Shown one piece after another: positions 36,361 to 45,886 of a DNA stretch of 64,000 nt. The stretch's first letter is position 1. Each line of letters opens with the position of its first letter. This stretch comes from an uncultured Clostridia bacterium. GTDB taxonomy: Bacteria; Bacillota; Clostridia; Christensenellales; UBA1242. Under the pieces are notes generated by a model. The model worked only from the letters and a program-made list of their open reading frames with translations, made no database searches and was not told the DNA's origin. The DNA lies in contig CAKVMH010000001.1 of assembly GCA_934772045.1 (NCBI GenBank), positions 17,006-81,005 of the forward strand, given 5' to 3'. Made by a program: the position numbers and the translations under genes.

Positions 36361-38622
36361 TTATCTTTTCCTTTTTTGTCGGTTTTTGTCGAAATTTCTG
36401 CTTTCCTTTTTGGTTTTCTTTTGACTTTTCCTTGTTGCCTGTTTTCCTTTGCCTTTTGTGGACTTTGTGTGTTTAGTGTTTAGGTTTTGTTTTTTGCTTT
36501 TATTCACAACAAAAGCACCTAATTTAAGCCCTGTATCAGCAAGAGTGAAATCAATTTGACGCAGTTGTGTGTTTGTGTTTGCAACAATGATGTTAATCTT
36601 GTCACCAATTGTATAGGTGTGTGTTTCACCTTTTAAACTTAAACTCATGTCATCATAGACATAGTTGTCCATTGGCAAATCTTCTGCACGAACCAAACCT
36701 TCAACGCCATTCTCAAGTTCAACAAAAATGCCAAATTCTTGCACACCAGAAATTGTGCCAGTAAATTGCTCGCCCAAAAATTTGTGCATGTACAGTGCTT
36801 TTTTGTAATCATCAACTTCGCGCTCTGCTTGGTCAGCATTCTTTTCAGTAGCACTTGCTTGTTCGCTTGCGCGTGCAACAATCGGTGGATATTTTCGTTT
36901 TAATTCGTCCAATGGCACACCGTTTAAGTACTGCTTAATTATGCGGTGTATCATTAAATCTGGATAACGCCTAATTGGGCTTGTGAAATGGCAGTAAAAT
37001 TCACTTGCAAGCCCAAAATGCCCTAAACATTCGGGTGCATAGCGCGCCTTCATCATGCTTCTTAAAAGCAATTTCATCATTGTTGTTTCACCAGGCATGC
37101 CCAAAATCTTTTTGGTGGTTTGTTGGAACGCCATCGGCTTGTCGCCTTCTTTATCCAACGAATTTGCAACACCAAAATTGTTTAAAATGTTGGTTATGCG
37201 CAACAATTTATCCGCATCTGGTTTTTCATGTACACGATAGATGAATGGCAGTTTTATGTCAAAGAACTGCTTTGCCACACATTCATTTGCAAGTATCATT
37301 AAACTTTCAATTACTTCATGTGCTTCATCTTGCGTGCGCTTTTCAATGCTTACTATTTCACCTGCATCGTTTTCCAAAATGTAAGGCTCAGGCAAATTAA
37401 AGCGAATTTCACCGCGTGATTCACGCTGAATTTTTAATTTGGCTGAAATTTGTTGATAAGTCAAAATATCATCATAAACATCGCTGTATTTTTCTTTTAA
37501 TAAATTGTCGCCATTAATTATGCCCATAACTTCGGTGTACGTCATTCTGTGCGAGGAACAAATCACGCCTTCATGCACACTGCTTTCCAGCACTCGCGCA
37601 TTTTCGTCTAACACGATTTCTACTGTCAAAGTTAAGCGGTTGACACCTTCGTTAAGCGAACATATGCCGTTAGAAAGTTCTTTTGGAAGCATAGGTATCA
37701 CTTGATTTGAAAAGTATACACTCGTTCCCCTTTCAAAAGCGGTTTTATCCAGCGCACAATTTTCAGTAACATACTGGCTTACATCTGCAATATGTACATA
37801 AAGTTTATATCCATTCCCAAATTTTTCAATAGCCAATGCATCGTCAAAGTCGCGTGCATCTTCGCCGTCGATTGTAATAACCCTTTGTTTTGTGTAGTCG
37901 GCGCGTTTTTTGTATTTGCGTAAATCTACTGTTTGGTTAATGTTTTTTGCTTCTGTCAATGTCTTTTGATCAAATTTATCTTGCAAATTGAACGAGCGAA
38001 TAATTGAAAGTTGTTCGGCTTTTGGCTGATTTGCTTTACCCAATATTTCCACAATCTTGCCATGCGCAATGTTGGTGCCTATGCTGTTTATGTCTAGTTC
38101 CACCCAAACTTTTTGGTTGTTTTGTGCATTTAGTGCGTCGCCTTTATATATCCTAATTCGTGGCAACCTTACATCATCAGGGAAAACCACATCTTTTGAT
38201 TTACCTGAAATAAATGTGCCAACCACATGCGTGGTGTTGCGTTTCAAAACTTTAACAACCCTTGCTTCAATGTCTTGCTCGGCATTGGTGTTAGTTATTT
38301 CCACTAAGCATAAATCGCCATCAAATGCGCCATTAATTGCAAATGCGGGTATGAAAAAGTCAGGGTAATTTTCCACTTTTGCAAAGCCATAACCCTTTTT
38401 GTTTACACTTACAACCGCAGTTAAATAACCCCTGTCGGCAGAAATTGAAATTTTATCATTTTCATCCAAAAACAAAACACCAGTTTCAATCAAGGCATTA
38501 ATTTCATTTTTTAAATCAATATCCGCTTTGTTTGTTATTTTTTTTAACTTTTTAACCAATGTATCTAAACTATAATAACTTAACTTTTCTTGCCTAATGA
38601 GGTTGACCAAATTTAATTCCAT
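36361..38622 (-). CDS. rnr: Ribonuclease R
   Basis: 753 aa; RNB catalytic region (DGEDARDFDDA, HFGL..YCHFTSPIRRYPD), C-terminal S1 domain and K-rich tail. Confidence 0.9.
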   Translation of the reverse strand: MELNLVNLIRQEKLSYYSLDTLVKKLKKITNKADIDLKNEINALIETGVLFLDENDKISISADRGYLTAVVSVNKKGYGFAKVENYPDFFIPAFAINGAFDGDLCLVEITNTNAEQDIEARVVKVLKRNTTHVVGTFISGKSKDVVFPDDVRLPRIRIYKGDALNAQNNQKVWVELDINSIGTNIAHGKIVEILGKANQPKAEQLSIIRSFNLQDKFDQKTLTEAKNINQTVDLRKYKKRADYTKQRVITIDGEDARDFDDALAIEKFGNGYKLYVHIADVSQYVTENCALDKTAFERGTSVYFSNQVIPMLPKELSNGICSLNEGVNRLTLTVEIVLDENARVLESSVHEGVICSSHRMTYTEVMGIINGDNLLKEKYSDVYDDILTYQQISAKLKIQRESRGEIRFNLPEPYILENDAGEIVSIEKRTQDEAHEVIESLMILANECVAKQFFDIKLPFIYRVHEKPDADKLLRITNILNNFGVANSLDKEGDKPMAFQQTTKKILGMPGETTMMKLLLRSMMKARYAPECLGHFGLASEFYCHFTSPIRRYPDLMIHRIIKQYLNGVPLDELKRKYPPIVARASEQASATEKNADQAEREVDDYKKALYMHKFLGEQFTGTISGVQEFGIFVELENGVEGLVRAEDLPMDNYVYDDMSLSLKGETHTYTIGDKINIIVANTNTQLRQIDFTLADTGLKLGAFVVNKSKKQNLNTKHTKSTKGKGKQATRKSQKKTKKESRNFDKNRQKRKR

Positions 38623-38789
38623 AATTTGATTTTATCAAAAATTAAAAAAAAATACTAATAAATAGCACTTAAATAATCTTTTGGCTTTAAATTTACCTTA
38701 TTTTAATGCTTAAAGCATGAAAAAGGAGCCATACAACAAACATAAAGCCCCTTTTAACTAATAATTCCAAATACTTAAAACCCTAAATT

Positions 38790-39092
38790 TTAGAACATTG
38801 TAGGTATTTTTACTAAGATCCAATAGATTATGCAGAACAAAGCAATCACGCCAACAATGATGTAAGCCAATTTTGTTATTCTACCTTCACGTGAACCGCC
38901 TTTGTTTTGTGCATAATAACTGTCTTGATTGCCAGTTATAACATTGCCAGAATCACCGTCGCCATTAATTTGCATAAACACAAGCACAACAAGTGCCAAT
39001 GCCAAAATTGCCAAAATAACCAAACAAACACTTTCCAAAACTGGAAAAGATTTTGTTATCCATTGTGGAACTGTGCCTAAAACATAACTCAT
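38790..39092 (-). CDS. secG: Preprotein translocase subunit SecG
   Basis: About 100 aa, two TM helices, conserved position upstream of rnr-smpB; start at MSYVLG. Confidence 0.6.
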   Translation of the reverse strand: MSYVLGTVPQWITKSFPVLESVCLVILAILALALVVLVFMQINGDGDSGNVITGNQDSYYAQNKGGSREGRITKLAYIIVGVIALFCIIYWILVKIPTMF

Positions 39093-39233
39093 AAGTCCTC
39101 CAAACTGATGAAACTTGCAAACCTCTAACAATTTCAATTTAAGAAATACTGAGATTAGCAAAACATTCTTTTTTAAATTTTTGCAAGGTAATTATATCAC
39201 ATCTAAATGTTATTGACAAGCAATTTCCGCAAA

Positions 39234-39455
39234 TTAATGCCTTAAAGCTGTCAAATAAATTAAAAGTGCAAACATTAAAATAGCCAAAACCAAAAGCCCC
39301 AACTTTTCAAAGTTCTTTTGTTTGCCGTCATACGCCTTGAAGAAATTCATAACACAAAGTAAAATACCAGACACTAAACAGACAAAAATTGTAATAAACC
39401 AAATGGTATGCATGTTTTGAATGAAATTTACAAATTGATAATATGCAGCTTTCAT
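39234..39455 (-). CDS. Small two-TM membrane protein
   Basis: 73-aa ORF with two hydrophobic helices. Confidence 0.4.
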   Translation of the reverse strand: MKAAYYQFVNFIQNMHTIWFITIFVCLVSGILLCVMNFFKAYDGKQKNFEKLGLLVLAILMFALLIYLTALRH

Positions 39456-39615
39456 AACTATCCTTTTAACCTGGGTACACCCTTAAATTTAACTTGATTT
39501 TAGCAAATTATTGCGCGTTTGTCAATGGTAAAAATTAATTAACAAAACATACGCTGAACATTTACAAATTGAACCTTTAACCAAATGTAAATAATTTAAC
39601 TTGCAATATTTAAAT

Positions 39616-41085
39616 TTACTTTACCAAACTTTCACCTTCAAAGCTTGGGTTTGGTTCAACCCCCATCAAACTTAAAAATGTTGGTGCGACATCTTTTAAT
39701 TCACCTTTCTTTTTTAATTTATGAGGCTTGCTATCCACAACCGCAAACATAACTCGGTTTAATGTGTGTGCATAATGTGGTTCGCCATTAGGATAACGCA
39801 TTTGCTCGCTGTTACCATGGTCGGCAGTTATAACCACAAAATAGTCTTTTAATTGTGCAAATTTAACGATTTTTTCCACACATTTATCCAAAAAATCAAG
39901 CGACTTCACAACTGCATCATAATCACCTGTATGTCCAATCATGTCTGGGTTGGAAAAGTTTACAATTACGGCATCATAACCATCCTTCATTGCTTCAATT
40001 GTTTCCTGCGTAATTTTGTTGGCTTGCATGTGTGGTGTTTTGTTAAAATGTGTCACTTTTGCAGTTGGCACATGTATGCGGTCTTCATTTTTAAAAGGTG
40101 GTTCATATTCCCCATTCAAAAAGTAAGTTACATGCGCGTACTTTGTGCTTTCACTTATTTTAACCTGCCTTAAATTCAGCTTCGAAAGGTGCTCACTCAA
40201 AGTGTTTTTAACTATTTGTTTTGGATAAAAAACTTTTGTTTTTGCAGTTGCAACATTTGCCATAGTGGCAATTTTTACATGCTTTTCTGCCACCATTTTT
40301 ACAATTTGGCGTAGTCTGTCTTCGCGGAAATTAAAGAAAATCACATAGTCATTTTTATTTAAACTTATATCTTCTTTCGTTTTAACATGGATAGGTTTAA
40401 CAAATTCATCGGTTACACTATGCTTGTGTTGATCAGCCAAATATGCTTCAATTTCATTATCTAATATGCAGTTTTCGCTGTTAAACATTGCACTCACTGC
40501 CAATTCGGTTCGATCTAAATTATTTTCCCTGTCCATCGCCCACGCTCGCCCAGACACACTTGCAATTTCGCAATTTTGTGTTGATGCAATATGTTTTCTT
40601 AACTCGCGCAAGTATTTTAAACTATCTGCACTGCCACAATCACGCCCGTCAGTTATAAGGTGTAAATAAATATGTTTTGCTTTCCCGCTAAAAATACGCA
40701 TAAGTTCGTAACAATGCTCTATGTTGCTGTGGATATTTTTATCGCTCATCAACCCAACCAAATGCACATCAGCTTTGCCAGTTACAACATCATTTTCCAC
40801 TTGTTTCAGCGTTAAATTATTCTCAAATTTATGCGCTAAAATTTCGTCCCTAATTAATTTTGCTGTTGCAGGCACAACTCTACCTGCACCGATTGTCAAA
40901 TGCCCAACTTCGCTTCCGCCCATTTCGCCAGCAAAAAGCCCAACTGCTTCACTGTCAGTTTTTAAAAGTGAAATGTTTGTTTTTAAGCTTTTTAAAAATG
41001 GTGTATTCGCATTAGCGACGGCATTAAATTTATCCGCCTTGCCTTCGCCATACCCATCTAAGATAATTAAAACACCCTTTTTCAT
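39616..41085 (-). CDS. gpmI: 2,3-bisphosphoglycerate-independent phosphoglycerate mutase
   Basis: LIILDGYG, GGSEVGHLTIGAGR, ADHGN motifs; ATG at 41085 behind a GGGGG SD. Confidence 0.9.
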   Translation of the reverse strand: MKKGVLIILDGYGEGKADKFNAVANANTPFLKSLKTNISLLKTDSEAVGLFAGEMGGSEVGHLTIGAGRVVPATAKLIRDEILAHKFENNLTLKQVENDVVTGKADVHLVGLMSDKNIHSNIEHCYELMRIFSGKAKHIYLHLITDGRDCGSADSLKYLRELRKHIASTQNCEIASVSGRAWAMDRENNLDRTELAVSAMFNSENCILDNEIEAYLADQHKHSVTDEFVKPIHVKTKEDISLNKNDYVIFFNFREDRLRQIVKMVAEKHVKIATMANVATAKTKVFYPKQIVKNTLSEHLSKLNLRQVKISESTKYAHVTYFLNGEYEPPFKNEDRIHVPTAKVTHFNKTPHMQANKITQETIEAMKDGYDAVIVNFSNPDMIGHTGDYDAVVKSLDFLDKCVEKIVKFAQLKDYFVVITADHGNSEQMRYPNGEPHYAHTLNRVMFAVVDSKPHKLKKKGELKDVAPTFLSLMGVEPNPSFEGESLVK

Positions 41086-41137
41086 ATTAACCCCCAAAAA
41101 GAAAAGGACACAATAAATGTGCCCAATTCAAATAAAA

Positions 41138-42319
41138 TTAAACATTGTCAATCAATTCAATACAAGGCAATTTTTTACCCTGCAACAGTGTAAGGCTTGC
41201 CCCGCCACCTGTTGATAAATGAGTAATGCGCTTAGCATACCCTAAATTTTGAATGGACGCTATGCTATCACCGCCACCAATCATGGTAACAGCCTTGCTT
41301 TTTGCAACATATTTTGCAATTTTATTTGTGCCTTTTTTGAACCTGTCGTATTCATACACGCCCAAAGGTCCATTCCAAACAATGGTTTTTGCCTTTTTGA
41401 TTGCTTTTTTGAACATTTTAACAGTCTTAGGCCCAATATCCATACCTTGATACGATTCATCAAAGAAACCACTTATAAAACGCTTGCTTTCAGCATCTTC
41501 GCTAAAATCTTTTGCACCGATGTTATCAGTCGGCAACACAATTTTAACACCTTTTTCTTTCGCTTTATCTAAAATTTCCTTTGCTAAATCAAGTTTAGAA
41601 TTATCAACAATAGAGTTGCCCACAGCACCACCAATTGCCTTAACAAATGTGTAAGCCATGCCACCGCCAATCAAAATTGTGTCGGCAACATTAAGCAAGT
41701 TTTCAACAACTGGAAGTTTATCTGCGACTTTAGCCCCACCCAAAATAGCCACAAATGGATGACTTGGGTTATTCATAATCTTATCAAACATTTCAAGTTC
41801 ATGCTCAACCAAGAATCCAATAACAGATGGCAACAATTTTGCAATGCCATAAGTTGACGCGTGTTTGCGGTGTGCGGTTGCAAATGCTTCAAACACGTAA
41901 ATATCCGCAAGTGAAGCAAGGTGAGAAGCAAACTCTGCGCTGTTCTTTTCTTCTTCTGGATAAAAGCGAATATTTTCCAACATCAACACATCGCCTTGGT
42001 GCATTTTATCGATCATTTCCTTAGTGCTGTCTGCCAACACATCTTCGGCAAAAGAAATCGGCTTGTCCAACAATTTGCTAAGCCTTGAAAGCACTGGACG
42101 CAATGAAAGTTTGCTGTCCACTTGCCCATTTGGCCTGCCCAAATGAGAACATAAAATAACCTTAGCATTATGTTCAATCAAATAATTAATGGTAGGTAAT
42201 GTTGCAACAATGCGTTCATCATCAACGATTTTCAAATCAGCATTAATAGGCACGTTGTAGTCAACCCTGACAAACACGCGCTTATCTGCAACATCGATAT
42301 CTCTAATTGTTTTTTTCAT
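41138..42319 (-). CDS. pgk: Phosphoglycerate kinase
   Basis: RVDYNVP, SHLGRP, GGGDS..., STGGGASL motifs. Confidence 0.9.
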   Translation of the reverse strand: MKKTIRDIDVADKRVFVRVDYNVPINADLKIVDDERIVATLPTINYLIEHNAKVILCSHLGRPNGQVDSKLSLRPVLSRLSKLLDKPISFAEDVLADSTKEMIDKMHQGDVLMLENIRFYPEEEKNSAEFASHLASLADIYVFEAFATAHRKHASTYGIAKLLPSVIGFLVEHELEMFDKIMNNPSHPFVAILGGAKVADKLPVVENLLNVADTILIGGGMAYTFVKAIGGAVGNSIVDNSKLDLAKEILDKAKEKGVKIVLPTDNIGAKDFSEDAESKRFISGFFDESYQGMDIGPKTVKMFKKAIKKAKTIVWNGPLGVYEYDRFKKGTNKIAKYVAKSKAVTMIGGGDSIASIQNLGYAKRITHLSTGGGASLTLLQGKKLPCIELIDNV

Positions 42320-42749
42320 AACCAACTCCCAAAGGCGTCATTTTTTAATCTCAATAACATCTAATAACCATTGTCATAAATCGGCAAACCAAAATTAAAA
42401 ATTTAAATAAAGTTTTTGATTAAATTTATGACACATTGTGGAAAAGATAAAAAACCTATTCCACCCCTAGAATACATACACTTATAATAACATAACTTAT
42501 TTAAATTTCAAAACTATTTTTTACAAAATTGAAAATTTTTTCTATTTTCATTAAAAAAATTCTAATTTCAAAGTTTGATTTATTAGAATTTTAATTTAAG
42601 TATCCACTGGCATGTCTTGCCCGCAAATATGTAAAAGGAAATAGAATTTATAGTTCTAATTTAAAGCAACAAATGCAAGAATTATAAATTGCGAATTTAA
42701 ACCAAAGTAAAATCAATCTTGCAAACAAAAAAGAACTTTGCAAATAGGG

Positions 42750-43301
42750 TTAAATTTTAAAAACACTAACCTTATAAAAGTTTGTTTTTAATGTTCGATT
42801 ATTAACCAATAAACTGCCGTGTTTATTGCAAAAAATGTAAATCTTATTTTTTGAGCAGTGCGCAATATTCGGTTTTATATGTTCGTTTGAAAGAATAATT
42901 TTATGGTTTTTAAAATAGTTTGTGGTTTTGTCGCCAACCACAAAAGAACATTTTGTTCGTCCGTGGCACACTTGTCGATTGTTTTCGTTTCCCATAATGT
43001 CAATTTTAACACCGTATTTAAGGTTCGACATATACACCTTTTCGCCGTCACAAACAATAAGCCCTTTTGTTTTGATTCCTTGCCTTACAACATTTATCCC
43101 CGCCACCACAACAGCCTTTAAACTGGAAGACAAAAACATAAGTTCCTTGGTAACCAAACCATAATCTAGCAACTCGTCTTTTAAAATATAATCATAAATA
43201 ATGCCAAAGTTAAAAATAAGCAAATTGCATTGCTTTAACTTGGCAAAATGGTTAAGATAAAACGACTTATAACTGCCCCCAGAAACACAAACAATCTTCA
43301 T
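42750..43301 (-). CDS. Hypothetical protein (183 aa) downstream of the ArsR regulator
   Basis: ORF only; no family recognised. Confidence 0.4.
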   Translation of the reverse strand: MKIVCVSGGSYKSFYLNHFAKLKQCNLLIFNFGIIYDYILKDELLDYGLVTKELMFLSSSLKAVVVAGINVVRQGIKTKGLIVCDGEKVYMSNLKYGVKIDIMGNENNRQVCHGRTKCSFVVGDKTTNYFKNHKIILSNEHIKPNIAHCSKNKIYIFCNKHGSLLVNNRTLKTNFYKVSVFKI

Positions 43302-43331
43302 ACTTTATAGTATGAAAATTTTTTCAATTTG

Positions 43332-43646
43332 CTAAATACATTCTGCACCGGCGTTTAAAACCTGCTCAATTCCTTCTTGCCTTATGTAGTAGACAATATT
43401 TTTGCCAGTGCGTGCCGACTCCACAATATTGAGCGCTTTCAAAATTTTCAATTGATGGCTTATTGTCGTTTGGTTAGTTTCTAACACCACGGCAATATCC
43501 CCAACACACAGCGGTTTAAGTGTCAATAGGATAATAATTTTAAGCCTTGTGTCGTCACTGAAAGCGTAAAAGAAACTAGCGAAATTTTTTAGTTCAACAG
43601 CCTTTGGCAAATGCTTTTTTAAATTTATTTCTTCACTTATTTCCAT
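43332..43646 (-). CDS. ArsR/SmtB-family transcriptional regulator
   Basis: FSDDTRLKIIILL...CVGDIAVVLETNQTTISHQLKILK wHTH signature. Confidence 0.8.
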   Translation of the reverse strand: MEISEEINLKKHLPKAVELKNFASFFYAFSDDTRLKIIILLTLKPLCVGDIAVVLETNQTTISHQLKILKALNIVESARTGKNIVYYIRQEGIEQVLNAGAECI

Positions 43647-43750
43647 AGAAATAACTTTAACAAATAATATATTTTAACAAAATTATTCACATTGTTTTTT
43701 GCTGTCGAATAAATACAAATAACATAAAAATATGAATAAGGAGCAAGAAA

Positions 43751-43939
43751 ATGAATATAAACGCGTTTTATATTTTGTTCGCAATTTTAATTGCGATAAT
43801 TGCACAAGCGACAAACACTGATTTAGCCAACAACACCACCTTCCTGCTTTTATTATTACTTGCACTTGGCGCGTATGGTCAAAACAGCAACAATAACAAC
43901 AATTGCTATGTTTACGGTCAACAACGCAGTTTTATCTAA
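43751..43939 (+). CDS. Small hydrophobic peptide (62 aa) with N/Q-rich tail
   Basis: AAGGAG SD 8 nt upstream; two hydrophobic stretches; divergent from the ArsR gene. Confidence 0.4.
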   Translation: MNINAFYILFAILIAIIAQATNTDLANNTTFLLLLLLALGAYGQNSNNNNNCYVYGQQRSFI

Positions 43940-43977
43940 TCGAAAAAATAATTATACATAAATTAAATAATTATAAT

Positions 43978-44033
43978 TAATAAACCAATTTATCTCGCAT
44001 TCTTTAATTTATAAGGTTTACAGATAATCAGAA
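43978..44033 (+). repeat. 52-bp hairpin repeat unit, degenerate single copy
   Basis: AATAAACCAATTTATCTCGCATTCTTTAATTTATAAGGTTTACAGATAATCAG. Confidence 0.5.
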
Positions 44034-44085
44034 AACAAATTTTTTTCACATAAACTCATAAATATGATTTGTTGTTTAAAAAATA

Positions 44086-44113
44086 CAAAAAATCCACGAT
44101 GTGTGGATTTTTC
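44086..44113. terminator. Bidirectional terminator
   Basis: AAAAAATCCAC-gatgt-GTGGATTTTT. Confidence 0.7.
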
Positions 44114-44266
44114 ATTTTCTAACAATAAATCTTAAATTATTATTGTGCATACAAACTATTTTTACTGGCGAAAACAAATATTTTAGTTATTATATTAAAT
44201 GTTTTGTATGCAATGATTTTATTTTAATTTTTAATAAGTATATTTTATCATTAATTTTTTATTAAT

Positions 44267-45313
44267 TTAATTATTAAAATAATTAATTCCCATATTTGTT
44301 TTCATTCTAATTAAATTTTCAAAAGCAACTTTGCGTGCTTTCTCTGTCCCCGCACGTAAAATTTCAAACACTTTATTTGTATCTTTTGCCAATTCCTTTC
44401 TGCGCTCTCTAATCGGTTGTAGCAACTCTTGCAAAATGTTATTTAAGAACTTTTTAATTTTCATATCGCCCAAACCACCACGTGAATAATGCGCTTTAAG
44501 TTCATCAAGTGAGTGATATTCTGGCAAATACTTTTCAAAATGCTCTGGCTTGCAGAACACGTCAAGATAAGTAAACACAGTGTTACCTTCCACCTTGCCA
44601 GGGTCTTCTACGCGAATGTGACCAGGGTCAGTGTACATTGAAAATACTTTTTGTTTAATTACGTCTGGTTCATCGCAAAGGTAAATGCAATTCCCCAAGG
44701 ACTTACTCATTTTCGCTTTGCCGTCGGTTCCAACCAAGCGGTAGCAACTTTGTTTTTCTGGCAAAACTGCCTTCGGTTCAACAAAAGTTTCGCCATACAA
44801 GTTGTTGAATGAGCGAACAATCTCGCGCGCTTGTTCAATCATTGGCAATTGGTCGTCACCAACAGGTATTATGCTTGCATTAAAGGCAGTAATATCTGCC
44901 GTTTGGCTTACTGGATAGGTTAAAAACCCCATAGGAATAGTGTTGCTGAAATCTTTTGTTTTAATTTCTTCTTTAACCGTTGGATTACGTTCCAATCTTG
45001 CAAGCGTAACAAGGTTCATAAAGTAAAAAGTAAATTCAGTTAATTCACTAACTTCACTTTGCACAACAAATGTAATCTTATTAGGGTCCAACCCCACTGC
45101 CAAATAGTCCAACATAACATTAAGGACATTATCTCTCACTTTTTGCACATTGCCAAAATTGTCAGTCAACGCTTGTGCATCTGCCAACATAACATAATAT
45201 TCATCGTAATCGCCTTTGTTTTGCAATTCCAGCCTTCTCATCAAACTTCCAACATAATGACCAATGTGCAAGTTGCCTGTTGGACGGTCAGCTGTTAAAA
45301 TAATTTTTTTCAT
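44267..45313 (-). CDS. trpS: Tryptophan--tRNA ligase
   Basis: 348 aa; HIGH motif (NLHIGHYVG) and KMSKS present. Confidence 0.9.
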   Translation of the reverse strand: MKKIILTADRPTGNLHIGHYVGSLMRRLELQNKGDYDEYYVMLADAQALTDNFGNVQKVRDNVLNVMLDYLAVGLDPNKITFVVQSEVSELTEFTFYFMNLVTLARLERNPTVKEEIKTKDFSNTIPMGFLTYPVSQTADITAFNASIIPVGDDQLPMIEQAREIVRSFNNLYGETFVEPKAVLPEKQSCYRLVGTDGKAKMSKSLGNCIYLCDEPDVIKQKVFSMYTDPGHIRVEDPGKVEGNTVFTYLDVFCKPEHFEKYLPEYHSLDELKAHYSRGGLGDMKIKKFLNNILQELLQPIRERRKELAKDTNKVFEILRAGTEKARKVAFENLIRMKTNMGINYFNN

Positions 45314-45470
45314 AATTTCTCCTTTTTAAAACGTTTTTCATTTATTTTTAATTAATTTAAATTATTTTTTATTTATATTTATTTTTTTATTATTTCCATT
45401 GCCAAAACATTAAATTTATTTTTAAATATTTAAGTAAACAATTTTTAAGATATGTTTTGATAATATATTA

Positions 45471-45626
45471 AATAACTAATTTGATTTGCTCTCGCTCTTA
45501 AACCGGTTTGTTATTATTCAGAATAAACCATTTTACTTCGCTTCTGCTCGCAAATCTGGTTTGTTGTTATTCAGAATAAACCTATCTTCTTCGATCCCGC
45601 TCGCAAATATGGTTTGTTGTATTCAC
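45471..45626 (+). repeat. Three tandem 52-bp hairpin repeat units
   Basis: ..AATAAACCATTTTACTTCGCTTCTGCTCGCAAATCTGGTTTGTTGTTATTCAG / AATAAACCTATCTTCTTCGATCCCGCTCGCAAATATGGTTTGTTGTATTCAC, plus a more divergent first unit. Confidence 0.75.
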
Positions 45627-45663
45627 AATAAAAAATTCAGTGTGCCACATAAACACGCTGAAT
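45626..45663 (-). terminator. Rho-independent terminator / possible attenuator upstream of trpS
   Basis: Sense ATTCAGCGTG-tttatgtgg-CACACTGAAT (one mismatch) followed by TTTTTT. Confidence 0.7.
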
Positions 45664-45743
45664 TTAAATTCCTATCAAAGGTTCATTAAAAGATTTTGTT
45701 TGTGGCGAATGAAAATACCACTTACACACAGTGTAAGTACGAT

Positions 45744-45773
45744 TTACCAGTTACGCCAACTTAATCTTTTCAT
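45744..45773 (-). CDS. Candidate leader peptide MKRLSWRNW (2 Trp in 9 codons)
   Basis: AGGAGAAATTATGAAAA translation-initiation region is identical over 17 nt to that of trpS; lies behind a strong promoter; hairpin ACTTACAC/GTGTAAGT starts 5 nt after its stop. Confidence 0.4.
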   Translation of the reverse strand: MKRLSWRNW

Positions 45774-45839
45774 AATTTCTCCTAATATTTTAAGCATTGA
45801 AATTAATAATATTTAATCCACCATTTCACTGCTATTTTT

Positions 45840-45868
45840 ATGATAGCACACTAAAATACAATTGTCAA
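45840..45868 (-). promoter_or_regulatory. Strong sigma-A-type promoter in front of the mini-ORF
   Basis: TTGACA (45863-68) - 17 nt - TATCAT (45840-45) with TGC extended -10. Confidence 0.6.
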
Positions 45869-45886
45869 CAAAATTGTAAATTTAGA

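Noticed and set aside
45314-45886. T-box leader upstream of trpS
   Set aside because: I found no T-box consensus (GGGTGGTACCGCG-like) next to the terminator. I also found no convincing Stem I/specifier loop. The UGG triplets lie inside a mini-ORF that has its own SD.
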